From contig MHGF01000034.1 in NCBI GenBank assembly GCA_001805445.1, forward strand, positions 166,451 through 230,450: 64,000 nucleotides of DNA, read 5' to 3'. Below, in pieces: positions 47,892 through 57,343 of this stretch. How positions within the stretch are numbered: the stretch's first letter is position 1; every line of letters begins with the position of its first letter. This DNA is from Omnitrophica WOR_2 bacterium GWF2_43_52 (GTDB lineage: Bacteria; Omnitrophota; Gorgyraeia; Gygaellales; UBA12090). The notes beneath the pieces were generated by a model. That model worked only from the letters and a program-made list of their open reading frames with translations, had not been told where the DNA came from and made no database searches. Made by a program: the position numbers and the translations under genes.

Positions 47892-49616
47892 ATGGGCGTA
47901 ATTTATAAAATAAAGCCAGAAATTAGAGAAAGAATTATTCAGGAAGCAAAGGCTATGCCTGAGCTTGGCTGTCGTAGGTTATCTATTTTCATTAAGGAGC
48001 AGTTTAAGATAGATATTTCCAAATCCAGCATAAATTCCATTCTTAAGGCAGAAGGTATTCGTTTTCCTGTTGGCAGGCGCCGCTATAGCGGTTCCGGGGT
48101 TAAGCAGTTACCTATTGCGCAAAGCGAAAACATTCTTCTTCTCGATGTCCCGCATGAACTTACGCAAATTCCCCTTCAGCTCTCATGTCATGATGCCGGC
48201 TTAAAGAAACAGCTTCCCGCGCAGGAGGAGCCTATTATAACAGAATCTTTTCTTGCCTCCGCAAGCAATAAGAGTAACCAGAATGTTCACTATATTGATA
48301 AGTTAGGGTATTGGTTTCTCAAAGCGGCAGATCTTTGTTTGGGAGGGATGGAGGTAATTGCTCATGGAGTAAGCCGCGGCATACGCAAAGATGCTGAATC
48401 GTCCGAATCAGCCATGATAAGTGAGGGCCTGTTTTATCTGTCCCTCCTTGGGGCTAGAGATATAAATGAGGAAGCGCTTCAGACGTTAAACATGCTTACC
48501 GAAAAACCATGCGATGCGGGGAAACTGAACATGTTTAAAGAAAGCCTTGATTGTGATACCCGATCGCTCCAAGAAATCGCTAGGCAATTACATTCTTGCT
48601 TAATAAGTGTGCGCGGCATAAAATTTATTCTCGAGGATGGCGCTTCTTTTTTCATTGACCCTCAGGGGCATAGTATGTGGCCTGCCTGCCGCAGCATACC
48701 GCGGGTATTTTCTTTTCCCTCTCACGCGGCAAAGGAATATGTAAAGAGGCGCCTCTTTTTAGAGGCGCAGCCTTTTGTCCTTCAGGCACCTCCGGGATTT
48801 GGAACTCTTCAGCCTGTGTTTTTAAGTTTTCTTGAAGGTTGTGAAGGTAAGCCAGGAAAAAGATTTGAGCGCGTCGAATATTATGGCTTGCGGAATGAGC
48901 TCATGGATACTGTTTCTTTTGAACTAAAAAACCCCTATTATTATATAACAGGGATATGGCCATGGCAATTTAATGAGATACGTGAAGAGGCAGGCCCTGG
49001 GATTTTTACGCCATTTGCTTGTACTATAAGCAAAGACAGCTTTGCCTTAGCTGAAACGACTCTTTTCTTAACGCCTAAAAGTGGTGACAAGCCTTTAGCC
49101 CTTAGAAGCATAATTTTAAAGAGAAATCAAGGCAAAGTTATATCGCTTATCACTAATATCAACAGGGACGTAATGAATGCAACGCAGATTGCAAGTGCAT
49201 ATTTATCGCAATGGCCAACTTTAGAGTTAGGGTATAGCGATTTTTTGAATAAGTCTAAGCAGCCACCATCTCTTTCAGAGAATCAAGCAATTTTGCAGGA
49301 AAATATGAAATATTCAAATGCTGATGCGGATATTAGTTTGAATAAATTATTTAATTTCTGGTTTCAGAAGTTAAATGATTTTTGTCTAAAGTATCTTTTT
49401 CCAGAGAATTACTCCAGTTTGGACATTAAAATTATAAAAGAGCGCTTCTATAACATGCCAGGAATTATAAAAGCAGAAAATAATGACTATTTGGTTGTAT
49501 TTAACGTCCAATCTGATTCAGAATATATGCCTGATTTTAATTATGCTTGTCAAAGGCTAAATGAAGCGGGTATTTACCTTAGCGATGGCAGAAGGTTAAG
49601 ATTTGGAATAGCGTAG
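47892..49616 (+). CDS. large HTH-domain protein, putative regulator (weak IS4/IS1634-transposase-like features)
   Basis: 574 aa; N-terminal HTH-like ELGCRRLSIFIKEQFKIDISKSSINSILKAEGI; C-terminal YLSQWPTLELGYSDFLNK faintly YREK-like. Confidence 0.3.
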   Translation: MGVIYKIKPEIRERIIQEAKAMPELGCRRLSIFIKEQFKIDISKSSINSILKAEGIRFPVGRRRYSGSGVKQLPIAQSENILLLDVPHELTQIPLQLSCHDAGLKKQLPAQEEPIITESFLASASNKSNQNVHYIDKLGYWFLKAADLCLGGMEVIAHGVSRGIRKDAESSESAMISEGLFYLSLLGARDINEEALQTLNMLTEKPCDAGKLNMFKESLDCDTRSLQEIARQLHSCLISVRGIKFILEDGASFFIDPQGHSMWPACRSIPRVFSFPSHAAKEYVKRRLFLEAQPFVLQAPPGFGTLQPVFLSFLEGCEGKPGKRFERVEYYGLRNELMDTVSFELKNPYYYITGIWPWQFNEIREEAGPGIFTPFACTISKDSFALAETTLFLTPKSGDKPLALRSIILKRNQGKVISLITNINRDVMNATQIASAYLSQWPTLELGYSDFLNKSKQPPSLSENQAILQENMKYSNADADISLNKLFNFWFQKLNDFCLKYLFPENYSSLDIKIIKERFYNMPGIIKAENNDYLVVFNVQSDSEYMPDFNYACQRLNEAGIYLSDGRRLRFGIA

Positions 49617-49869
49617 TTATCCCGCCTCACCTGCCTCCCGGCAGGTAAACCGAGGCAAAATTCTTTAATTCAGAAAGGTAGGCTTTCCTATCCGCTTGAG
49701 AAAAGGCCTTGGATAATTTTATCTTCGTTCGACGGGATAATCCAGTCAAACAACGTATGTTCCCGCCACAAAGATTGGCGAACCCGTCAAAGAATTGCGG
49801 CGGGCGCTATCGTTCTATAAATTATAGCCTCATAAAAGAAAGCGCTTTCAAAATTTCCGTTTTCACCTC

Positions 49870-49898
49870 TTGACACTGTTAGGTTGCTGTGGTATATT
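49870..49898 (+). promoter_or_regulatory. strong sigma70 promoter of the flp pilin operon
   Basis: TTGACA (49870-49875), 17-nt spacer, TGgTATATT (-10 at 49893-49898). Confidence 0.6.
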
Positions 49899-50110
49899 TT
49901 AGTTACACTTACTTCAAAATAAGATGCTCGGAGTAAAAATGAGGTAAGGGATTCGAAAAGGTCTCGCCAATCAAAGCAAAGGCGGGGCAAAGCCACGGGA
50001 CTTACGCGTTAGACCATTTGCGTAATAGAAGACAACGGATTCTTATTTTAGACTACAAAGGTCAGCGTCCTGCATATTTTGCAGATGCCAGTATCATAGG
50101 CAGAAAAGTC

Positions 50111-50158
50111 AACCGGGTTGCCGAAATCCAATAAAAAAAGCAACCCGGTTTTTGTTTT
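50111..50158 (+). terminator. intrinsic terminator/attenuator hairpin in the pilin leader
   Basis: Perfect 11-bp stem AACCGGGTTGC/GCAACCCGGTT then TTTTGTTTT, ending 12 nt before the flp1 start codon. Confidence 0.55.
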
Positions 50159-50170
50159 GAGGAGTAAATA

Positions 50171-50368
50171 ATGAGTTTTAAAAACGATTATAAAATACCG
50201 AGAGAATCTGGTCAAAGTGTAATGGAATACGTTCTTTTGGTGTCTATCTGCCTTATTACGATATTGGGTTTAAATTTTATTGTTGCTTCAAAAGATTCAG
50301 CGCGAAGCGGTTTTTCGAGCCATTTTAATACGGTAAAAGATTATTTGCTTTATACAACGTATGAGTAA
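50171..50368 (+). CDS. flp: Flp-type pilin 1
   Basis: ESGQSVMEYVLLVSICLITIL: class III prepilin motif G/xxxxEY plus hydrophobic helix. Confidence 0.7.
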   Translation: MSFKNDYKIPRESGQSVMEYVLLVSICLITILGLNFIVASKDSARSGFSSHFNTVKDYLLYTTYE

Positions 50369-50375
50369 CATTAAA

Positions 50376-50537
50376 ATGAAAGGGTATATGCAGCGTAAGG
50401 CGCAAAGTATTATAGAATATGTTATGTTATTCATTATTGTAGTGTCAGCGATCGCCGCGGTGCATAAATATGTATATCGTTCTATGAACGCGCGGCTCAA
50501 GCAGGTCCAGGAAGAATTAACCTACAAAAGAAATTAA
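50376..50537 (+). CDS. flp: Flp-type pilin 2 (53 aa; below the ORF-track length cutoff)
   Basis: My own translation: MKGYMQRKAQSIIEYVMLFIIVVSAIAAVHKYVYRSMNARLKQVQEELTYKRN; motif KAQSIIEY. Confidence 0.6.
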   Translation: MKGYMQRKAQSIIEYVMLFIIVVSAIAAVHKYVYRSMNARLKQVQEELTYKRN

Positions 50538-50562
50538 TAAAATAATGAAAGGGGGTGAAACA

Positions 50563-50754
50563 ATGAAAAGAAACTCGAAATCAGGCCAAAGCATTCTGGA
50601 GTATACCTTGGTTCTGGGGGCAGTGATCGCGGTGATTGTCGCGGTTTTGTTAGGTCCTAGCGGTATTAAAGATAAGATAAACGCTACCTACAGCGCAACA
50701 GGAACAGCACTTGAGACAACCTCTGCTGATTTAACAGGCGGGATATTTCAATAA
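50563..50754 (+). CDS. flp: Flp-type pilin 3
   Basis: MKRNSKSGQSILEYTLVLGAVIAVIV; RBS AAGGGGGTGA 6 nt upstream of ATG 50563. Confidence 0.7.
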   Translation: MKRNSKSGQSILEYTLVLGAVIAVIVAVLLGPSGIKDKINATYSATGTALETTSADLTGGIFQ

Positions 50755-50774
50755 ACTATAAGGAGGTGAATGAT

Positions 50775-51128
50775 ATGTGGTTAAATAAGAAGGCTCAATC
50801 TACAGCGGAATACGCGATTACATTAGGGTTAGTCATTGCGGTCGCGGCGGGGATAATGTCGGTTGCGTTAAAAGGAGGTATGCGTCAGAAAAATGAACAG
50901 GCGGTTAATTATCTTTTAAACGCAGGTAGCGATGTGACTGATTTTAGCAGTGTTGACGACCAAAGCGTTGCCCTGTATAGCCAGGAATACCGCGATACGA
51001 CTATTTTAAGCGGCGACACCAATTTTATCGATAAAACCGTGTTGAATAAAGGCGGTGCTGAAAAGAGGCATCAATTACAAACAAGTAAGACCAATGCCAC
51101 AAGCATAGAAACCATAAATGAACAATAA
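50775..51128 (+). CDS. flp: Flp-type pilin 4 (with C-terminal extension)
   Basis: MWLNKKAQSTAEYAITLGLVIAVAAGI; RBS AAGGAGGTGA. Confidence 0.65.
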   Translation: MWLNKKAQSTAEYAITLGLVIAVAAGIMSVALKGGMRQKNEQAVNYLLNAGSDVTDFSSVDDQSVALYSQEYRDTTILSGDTNFIDKTVLNKGGAEKRHQLQTSKTNATSIETINEQ

Positions 51129-51153
51129 AAGTAATAAGGAGGTGAATATTTCA

Positions 51154-51585
51154 ATGGCTACCTATAATAATAAAAAAGGACAGTCTATCTTGGAGTACGC
51201 GGTGCTTCTTGCAATAGTTATTTCAGTCTTATTGATAATGCAAAATATGGTAAAGAGAGGCTATCAGGGCGGTTTGAAAGATTCCGCGGAGAAAATGGGC
51301 GAACAGTATTCCCCAGGGGGAACTACCATAGCGCAAAACAGAACGATGGCAGAAGATCAAAAGATTACAGAAGAAGTTGCGACTGGCGCGTTAATTGCTC
51401 CGTTTACAAGTGCTTCTCTTACCTATACGTCGAATAAAGGTGTCTATTCTGCTACTCAAAGAACCGGGGGACAGCAGGCCATGGATACAAAGGTCCAGAC
51501 AGATTCTTTTGAGCAGGAAAAAGTGCGCTTAAGCCAATATTCAGATGTAAGCGAGGTCGTGGAGAATTTTGAAGCTCCATTTTAG
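51154..51585 (+). CDS. flp: Flp-type pilin 5 (with C-terminal extension)
   Basis: MATYNNKKGQSILEYAVLLAIVISVLLIM; RBS AAGGAGGTGA. Confidence 0.65.
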   Translation: MATYNNKKGQSILEYAVLLAIVISVLLIMQNMVKRGYQGGLKDSAEKMGEQYSPGGTTIAQNRTMAEDQKITEEVATGALIAPFTSASLTYTSNKGVYSATQRTGGQQAMDTKVQTDSFEQEKVRLSQYSDVSEVVENFEAPF

Positions 51586-51613
51586 GCTAATGGCATTTTT
51601 TTAGGAGAAAGAA

Positions 51614-51946
51614 ATGAAATTAGGCTTAAAGCAAGGACAAAGCATGGTGGAGTATACGGTGCTCTTATGCATAATAGTAAGTTCGTTATTAATTATGCAG
51701 TTTTATGTCAAGAGGAGCTATTCAGGAAGGATAAAAGAAGAGGCCAATCAGATAGGCTTGCAGTATGCCCCCGGCCATACGAATTCGTGGATTCAGACTA
51801 AGACATTCATGAACGCGACGACGTATACCGGGGGCAGAACTGAGGAAGGTGAAAATGTTCCTGTTGGCATGACCTTGACCGACAGCCAAACCAACGTTAC
51901 GTTTATCAAAAAAGAAGCGGTGGATTCTTTCGCTGTAGCAGACTAA
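51614..51946 (+). CDS. flp: Flp-type pilin 6
   Basis: MKLGLKQGQSMVEYTVLLCIIVSSLLIM. Confidence 0.65.
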   Translation: MKLGLKQGQSMVEYTVLLCIIVSSLLIMQFYVKRSYSGRIKEEANQIGLQYAPGHTNSWIQTKTFMNATTYTGGRTEEGENVPVGMTLTDSQTNVTFIKKEAVDSFAVAD

Positions 51947-51970
51947 CGTTACCCAGGAGGCGAGCTTAAT

Positions 51971-52018
51971 AAGGACAGTGCTTCTCATTAAAAGAAAATC
52001 ACTGTCCTTATTATTTTC
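51971..52018 (+). terminator. rho-independent terminator
   Basis: 10-bp stem AAGGACAGTG/CACTGTCCTT followed by TATTATTTT. Confidence 0.6.
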
Positions 52019-52185
52019 CCTTGCGTAAACGCTCGTAAATTTCTGCGAAATTTACTTCGCACGCTTCGGGATAAATTCGCGCATAAACTTATGTTCGCTC
52101 GCTTTGCTCGCTCCATAAGCCGACAAGGCAATGGTTTGGCTTCCTATAGCCAAAGCCATAAGTTTAGCGCTCATTTAGGAGAGAA

Positions 52186-52560
52186 ATGATGACGCAAAAA
52201 GGCCAAAGCCTGGTTATGTGGACAGTAACTTTTGGAATCGTGGTAACGGCTATGGTTTTTATCCGAATGCCGTTTAAAAGGGCGTTGCAGGGTAAGGTTA
52301 TGGCTAGCGCGGATTATTGTTTCTGGAGCGTATGGGATAAGCCGGTAGAGCAGTATAAAGGCGATCTTACCAGCTCCGTAAAGACAAAAACAGAGCAGGA
52401 GCAGGAGATGATAGTGCATGAGCAAAAGCGGGAGCAGCAGCAGGCAACGATAAAAAATTTTATCAATAGTTCCGTTCAGGAAGATAGCGCCTTTAGCGCT
52501 GTTGAAGAGGGCGCGGAGTCCTACTTAAAAACATTTGACCTTAATACAATAGTAGAGTAA
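52186..52560 (+). CDS. pilin-like protein (degenerate Flp/TadE-type leader)
   Basis: MMTQKGQSLVMWTVTFGIVVTAMVF. Confidence 0.5.
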   Translation: MMTQKGQSLVMWTVTFGIVVTAMVFIRMPFKRALQGKVMASADYCFWSVWDKPVEQYKGDLTSSVKTKTEQEQEMIVHEQKREQQQATIKNFINSSVQEDSAFSAVEEGAESYLKTFDLNTIVE

Positions 52561-52561
52561 A

Positions 52562-53395
52562 ATGAAAAATAACTATAAGAATCATTTAGGGTTACAGATA
52601 AAGCCTTTTTCATCGAACAAGGGGCAGGCGGCCCTGGAAATGGCTATTTTGGGGAGTTTACTGCTTTTGGCTTTTGCCACGCTTTTAAGCTATGCCCAGC
52701 GCTTTGAGGAGCAGAATAAGCTTAAGATGGAGGCCTTTCGTAACGCTCTCTCCAGGGCGTACGTGCGAAACAGCGGGGTAACCAGCACCATAAAACGGGA
52801 TTCGCGTTCTTTAAATATATTTTCAAAGTTTGGCGAAGGCCAAGCCTCTAATGTTGCCGCTTCAGCCAATGTGATGTGGGTAAAAGGCGCGCCCGGGGAG
52901 CAGGGAACGAAGGGTGAAAACAGTTTTTCGTTTTATAAAATTAATGATAAGTTTCTGGGAACTGCGGACAAAGGTTTGGAACGCCGCACTAAGAATGTTA
53001 TAGATTTTACCGGCAATAAGAACGAAGTAGAGATTCCGGTAAGCATTTGGAAGGAAGATATTACCAGGAACACTACTTACTCCGGGGAAAACACAAAAGA
53101 AGAGTTTAATAATAATAATTCAGAAGAATCGTATATCTATAATTTCCAGATTGCTGAGTTAAAAGACGTAATCCATGATAAGCCTCATGCCCGTTTTGAT
53201 AGTAGTGAAACAGATGCCCGAGCAGATGCAGGGAGTATCCCTCCGAAGTATGACTATAACGTAGGAGAGATTGATGAATTTCGCCAAGCGGCATATTATG
53301 ACGAAGAAACAAATAGAGTCAAATACAGCGGGTCCGCGGCACAGGCAGGCACGCGAATGCGTACCCAGCGCGGTTGGCGTACTTATAATGAGTAA
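52562..53395 (+). CDS. TadE-like pseudopilin
   Basis: NKGQAALEMAILGSLLLLAFATLL matches the TadE/TadF N-terminal motif; 277 aa. Confidence 0.55.
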   Translation: MKNNYKNHLGLQIKPFSSNKGQAALEMAILGSLLLLAFATLLSYAQRFEEQNKLKMEAFRNALSRAYVRNSGVTSTIKRDSRSLNIFSKFGEGQASNVAASANVMWVKGAPGEQGTKGENSFSFYKINDKFLGTADKGLERRTKNVIDFTGNKNEVEIPVSIWKEDITRNTTYSGENTKEEFNNNNSEESYIYNFQIAELKDVIHDKPHARFDSSETDARADAGSIPPKYDYNVGEIDEFRQAAYYDEETNRVKYSGSAAQAGTRMRTQRGWRTYNE

Positions 53396-53409
53396 GTCCT
53401 AAAAAGCCG

Positions 53410-54831
53410 ATGGAACGGAAAAAATCCCAATCAATATTAGATTTTATTTTGGTGTTCGCGGCTTTAGGAATGTTGATCATAGGGATTACCAGGATATGGG
53501 TATGGTTTCATGCTAATTACGCGAAGCGCCAGATAGGCTATCAGCAAGGCAGGCTTATAGCAGGGCAAGGCGGCCAGTATAGCGCAACAATTGCCAAGGC
53601 CTTAAGCATCGCGGCAAATAAAACATGCCCGGACTGTAAGTATGAGCCTTTAGATTTAACCGAGGAATGGGTTTTCCAGGGAAAGCCTTCAGGGACAGTT
53701 ACCATATCAGAAGTCTTGGAAGGGGGCAGCATTAGCCTTACTCCGGAGGAATGTCAGACGCAAGCCATAGCGGAGTCTCCCGATGAATGCGGCGACGAGA
53801 ATACCTTTAATGATCAATGTGACGCTTATCTGCAATGCCTTTGCGAAAGCCAGACCGGCCCGATGATTGTGATGTGGCGCGCGCAGGCAAAGTCGTTACA
53901 TAAACAAGCAGATGATTTATATGCACTAGCAGACAAGATGAGGGATAAAGCCAATAGTTGTAAATGGTATAAGCCATGGTGCTGGTTTGGCAGCTGGAAG
54001 CAGACTAAACGCCAATTATTGGATGCCGCGGATGAAGTGGAAGAAGCGGCTCGTCAAATGGAAGAAGAGGCAGATGATTTAGAGGAGAATGCGGATGCCT
54101 TGGAAGCATGCTGCGCCCAGGAGTGTAATAACGCTCCAGAATGTGATCTCATCGAGTTGCAGGAAGCATGCATGGCTGTGGTAGAAGGGGAAAGCTGCCC
54201 GGATTTGGCGCAAGGATTTAAGGACATCTGGCGCGAGAAGGTAACAATGTTACAAGCGGCCATAGATGAAATGCAGGAAGTGGTTGATGAAATCGGCGAT
54301 GGAGAAACCTCAGGGGTAATATATGATTGTAACACAGAGGCTTCGTATATGTGTTACTATAATGAAACTTGTTATGAGTATTATAGAAATCAGTGTTGCC
54401 AGAATACTGTCCATTATGCCGAAGGCGAATACAATAAAATTGGATACAGTGAATACGGGTTATGGGAAAGGAATTGCGATGCCGCTACGCCTTCCTGCGA
54501 GGATGAGGCAGAAGACGCCGATGAGGCCAATGAAAGATGCAGCCTGGCCTCAATCCGCGAAATATACATCGCGGAAATCGAGACAATGGAATTTAACATT
54601 GACATATATGAGCAGATGATAGCTGACATCGGCGACTGTTGTGATGAAGATGAAGTGTACGACCAGTCAGTGTGCATATCAGAGGTATTGGCACAATCGC
54701 AAGACTTAAAGCCGACCGCATCTGATCAAACTTTTGATGATTGTCTTAAGCTAGAAGATGAAGAAAAGCAGATAGAGTGTATTAACGATGCTATAGGATG
54801 TGATGTTGGAGGCGTAGATTTCTGCGACTAA
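53410..54831 (+). CDS. pilin-like N-terminus + Cys-rich acidic domain protein (putative minor pilin/tip adhesin)
   Basis: RKKSQSILDFILVFAALGMLIIGI leader/TM; about 30 Cys in an Asp/Glu-rich C-terminal 350 aa. Confidence 0.35.
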   Translation: MERKKSQSILDFILVFAALGMLIIGITRIWVWFHANYAKRQIGYQQGRLIAGQGGQYSATIAKALSIAANKTCPDCKYEPLDLTEEWVFQGKPSGTVTISEVLEGGSISLTPEECQTQAIAESPDECGDENTFNDQCDAYLQCLCESQTGPMIVMWRAQAKSLHKQADDLYALADKMRDKANSCKWYKPWCWFGSWKQTKRQLLDAADEVEEAARQMEEEADDLEENADALEACCAQECNNAPECDLIELQEACMAVVEGESCPDLAQGFKDIWREKVTMLQAAIDEMQEVVDEIGDGETSGVIYDCNTEASYMCYYNETCYEYYRNQCCQNTVHYAEGEYNKIGYSEYGLWERNCDAATPSCEDEAEDADEANERCSLASIREIYIAEIETMEFNIDIYEQMIADIGDCCDEDEVYDQSVCISEVLAQSQDLKPTASDQTFDDCLKLEDEEKQIECINDAIGCDVGGVDFCD

Positions 54832-54855
54832 GGCTAATAAGCATTAAGCGTTTGT

Positions 54856-56199
54856 TTGTTGGTTTTTGTCCGAGATGACACAAGAAGGCAGATAATGGAA
54901 ATAGGCATATTTCAAAAATTCTCACAGGAGAAAACCCAGTACGAAAAGGGGCAGATATTCCCTTTTATGATTGCCCTTATCGTGGTGGTTGTCATTATGG
55001 CGCTGGTTACGGTAAATATCGGCCAGGTAGACTCTTTTAAGACCGATACCTCCAATGCCGCGGATGCCGCGGCGCTTGCGGGGGCAAGTGTATTAAGCGG
55101 CGCGCTTTTAGGATTTGGCTTAAAAAGCGATATGATGGCTGGCTATGGCACAACCTTAATCCTTGGCATACAATTCGCGCTTGGTTTGAATAATATTATT
55201 GGCGCTATTTCAATGTATATTTCCGCCCTGATAAGCCAGTTAGCGGATTATTTTACAGCCCTGGGTGAAGGAAAGATGGCTTGGACTAACGCAAAACAAA
55301 GCGCTTTGACCTATGCCTTTAATAACGCCAACGTAGATGAACCGAAGCCGACTTTCAAGCAGTTTTTGTCAGATGCTTATGGCATAAACAATCCCAACTC
55401 GCTTACTCCCGCAGAGGTCCGGGATTATTACAATGGATATTTTAAAGGAGAAGGCAGTGATGAGGATGATACAAGAACCATATTGAAATATTCCCGCAGC
55501 GGGTTTGCCAAGTTTTTGGAAGACAATAAGAAAGGGTTTTGGAGCGTTGATGAATTTGGCGATGTCAGCCCAAAAGAGATGGCTCCGGCGATTATGAGAA
55601 GCGGATATGGGTGGAGTGACGATGACAATGGCATCATAACCAATAGCTATTGCGACGCAAACGGCCAGCCGTATAATGACGCCAAGAAATACGGAGATCT
55701 CTCAGGCGGAACCTGTAATTATGAAAATTGCGTTGAGGTTGAGGTTATAGGTTCAGTAATGTATCCTTTGGAGATGCTTCTTGTTTCTGATGTTGAGGCG
55801 CTAGAAATTGAGGTTTTAGCATACGGCATTCCACTCTGGTTCATTTCTTATGAAAACGCGGGTGACTATTGGTGGGGGGCATTGATTGCATTCGCGGTAG
55901 TGGGGATATATGAAGCTTTAATGGCTTTCTTCATCGTAGGATTAAAAATGGGGGGCGACGGCATAGAAGCGGAAACCACGGATAACCCTCTGCAGGTAAA
56001 GACCACCCGCTACAAACAAGAGCATAATACGGGCCTTTGGAATTTCCAATACGGTGATATTGAATCCCAGGCAATCAGCCACGCGTTTATGGAAAATGGA
56101 GATGAAACTATTGAGCCTGTTCTTTACCAGGGTTTTCTTGATTTTGGCTTTGATACGACACAGCATCTTTTTGAGACAGAATTGACGCATGCGTTTTAA
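54856..56199 (+). CDS. TadG-like protein (Tad_N domain)
   Basis: KGQIFPFMIALIVVVVIMALVTVNIGQVDSFKTDTSNAADAAALAGAS matches the TadG N-terminal consensus. Confidence 0.5.
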   Translation: MLVFVRDDTRRQIMEIGIFQKFSQEKTQYEKGQIFPFMIALIVVVVIMALVTVNIGQVDSFKTDTSNAADAAALAGASVLSGALLGFGLKSDMMAGYGTTLILGIQFALGLNNIIGAISMYISALISQLADYFTALGEGKMAWTNAKQSALTYAFNNANVDEPKPTFKQFLSDAYGINNPNSLTPAEVRDYYNGYFKGEGSDEDDTRTILKYSRSGFAKFLEDNKKGFWSVDEFGDVSPKEMAPAIMRSGYGWSDDDNGIITNSYCDANGQPYNDAKKYGDLSGGTCNYENCVEVEVIGSVMYPLEMLLVSDVEALEIEVLAYGIPLWFISYENAGDYWWGALIAFAVVGIYEALMAFFIVGLKMGGDGIEAETTDNPLQVKTTRYKQEHNTGLWNFQYGDIESQAISHAFMENGDETIEPVLYQGFLDFGFDTTQHLFETELTHAF

Positions 56200-57109
56200 A
56201 CAATATCATAAAAATCGGGAAGCAGGGCAATGGCTTTTTCGTTCTTTCATGGTTGCGCTGCAAGTTATTATCGTAACGCTCGGGATCTGCGGCAATGGCT
56301 CTTGGAGCAGTTCGGAAGAAATTATAGATGTGGAGGTTCCCGCTCCTGTAGAAGGGAAGGTTGTCGGTACAGACACTATCGCGGTGTTAGGCAGAGAGGT
56401 GCGCTGTACCTATTATCTGAGCCCTCACGGCAAAAATAGTATCGCGGCGTATTATCAGCACAATTTCTCAAGTGAAGGTTTTCAGCAAACAGTTGACAAA
56501 GAAATTTCTTCTGTAAGGCAGTTGAGGTTTAAAAAGCTCTTTATGTTAGAAGGAAAAGAGCTTGTAGTGGAGTTTGTCCTATCGGATAAACCCAATGGCA
56601 CAGGGGTTGCTATTGGCAAATATACCCAGCCTGTCGGCGCTGGTGATATAGAAAAGACTCCCTTATCCTGGAGGGAAGAACGGTTTGCCCCTCCTAAAGA
56701 AGATGCTCCAGGCGAGGATTTGGCAATAATACCCCGGCCTCCTGAAAGCGTGCGCTGGATGAATATAGAGAAAGAAAAGAATGTTTTTCTTACTTATGCC
56801 ACGAGCCTTTCGGTTGAGGAAGTGCAGGATTTTTATCGTAACCAAATGGAGTTGCGTAATTGGCAGGTGAAAAGGGATTTTTCAGCCGTACGGGAGGCAG
56901 TCAGCGAGTATAAAAAGGTAACAAAAAAGAAAAATATCGCTGTCTATTCCCCTTTTGCTGACGGGGAAGACATGGAGGGGATCATTGCCGATGCGCGCGC
57001 TCTTGACTTTGAAGGCGAAGAGGGAAAAGCCAAAATTACTATTTTCCCAAATTTTATGGACAGGAGCATGGGTTCGGTGGTGCAGATATTCTATGAAAAG
57101 GCAGAATAA
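56189..57109 (+). CDS. hypothetical exported protein
   Basis: N-terminal signal anchor; no motif. Confidence 0.35.
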   Translation: MRFKQYHKNREAGQWLFRSFMVALQVIIVTLGICGNGSWSSSEEIIDVEVPAPVEGKVVGTDTIAVLGREVRCTYYLSPHGKNSIAAYYQHNFSSEGFQQTVDKEISSVRQLRFKKLFMLEGKELVVEFVLSDKPNGTGVAIGKYTQPVGAGDIEKTPLSWREERFAPPKEDAPGEDLAIIPRPPESVRWMNIEKEKNVFLTYATSLSVEEVQDFYRNQMELRNWQVKRDFSAVREAVSEYKKVTKKKNIAVYSPFADGEDMEGIIADARALDFEGEEGKAKITIFPNFMDRSMGSVVQIFYEKAE

Positions 57110-57323
57110 TAAATATAAGGGGCTCCGGGGGCAAGGCATGCTTGAGCATGTGGTTTTCCTGTGCTTGGTCATAGGGGCATTGTTGCTCTTAGGTTATTAT
57201 GTCAAAAATAGCCTCTCCGGGAAGTTCCGCGACGGAGCCGATGTTTTCGGCCAGGGAGACGTATACCGGCCGCTTGGAGAAACGGTAGTATCAATTTCGG
57301 AAACAATAAACATAGACTACTAA
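57093..57323 (+). CDS. Flp-type pilin-like protein 8
   Basis: MKRQNNKYKGLRGQGMLEHVVFLCLVIGALLLL; ATG 57093. Confidence 0.5.
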   Translation: MKRQNNKYKGLRGQGMLEHVVFLCLVIGALLLLGYYVKNSLSGKFRDGADVFGQGDVYRPLGETVVSISETINIDY

Positions 57324-57343
57324 TGCAAACGCATTAAATAATG

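Noticed and set aside
47892-49616. Calling the 574-aa protein an intact IS transposase
   Set aside because: It lacks a clear DDE triad, the YREK-like motif has Q in place of R, and no terminal inverted repeats flank it. It is kept only as a weak resemblance.
50545-50754. Upstream ATG 50545 (MKGGET...) as the start of pilin 3
   Set aside because: The AAGGGGGTGA Shine-Dalgarno sits between the two ATGs and is correctly spaced only for ATG 50563.
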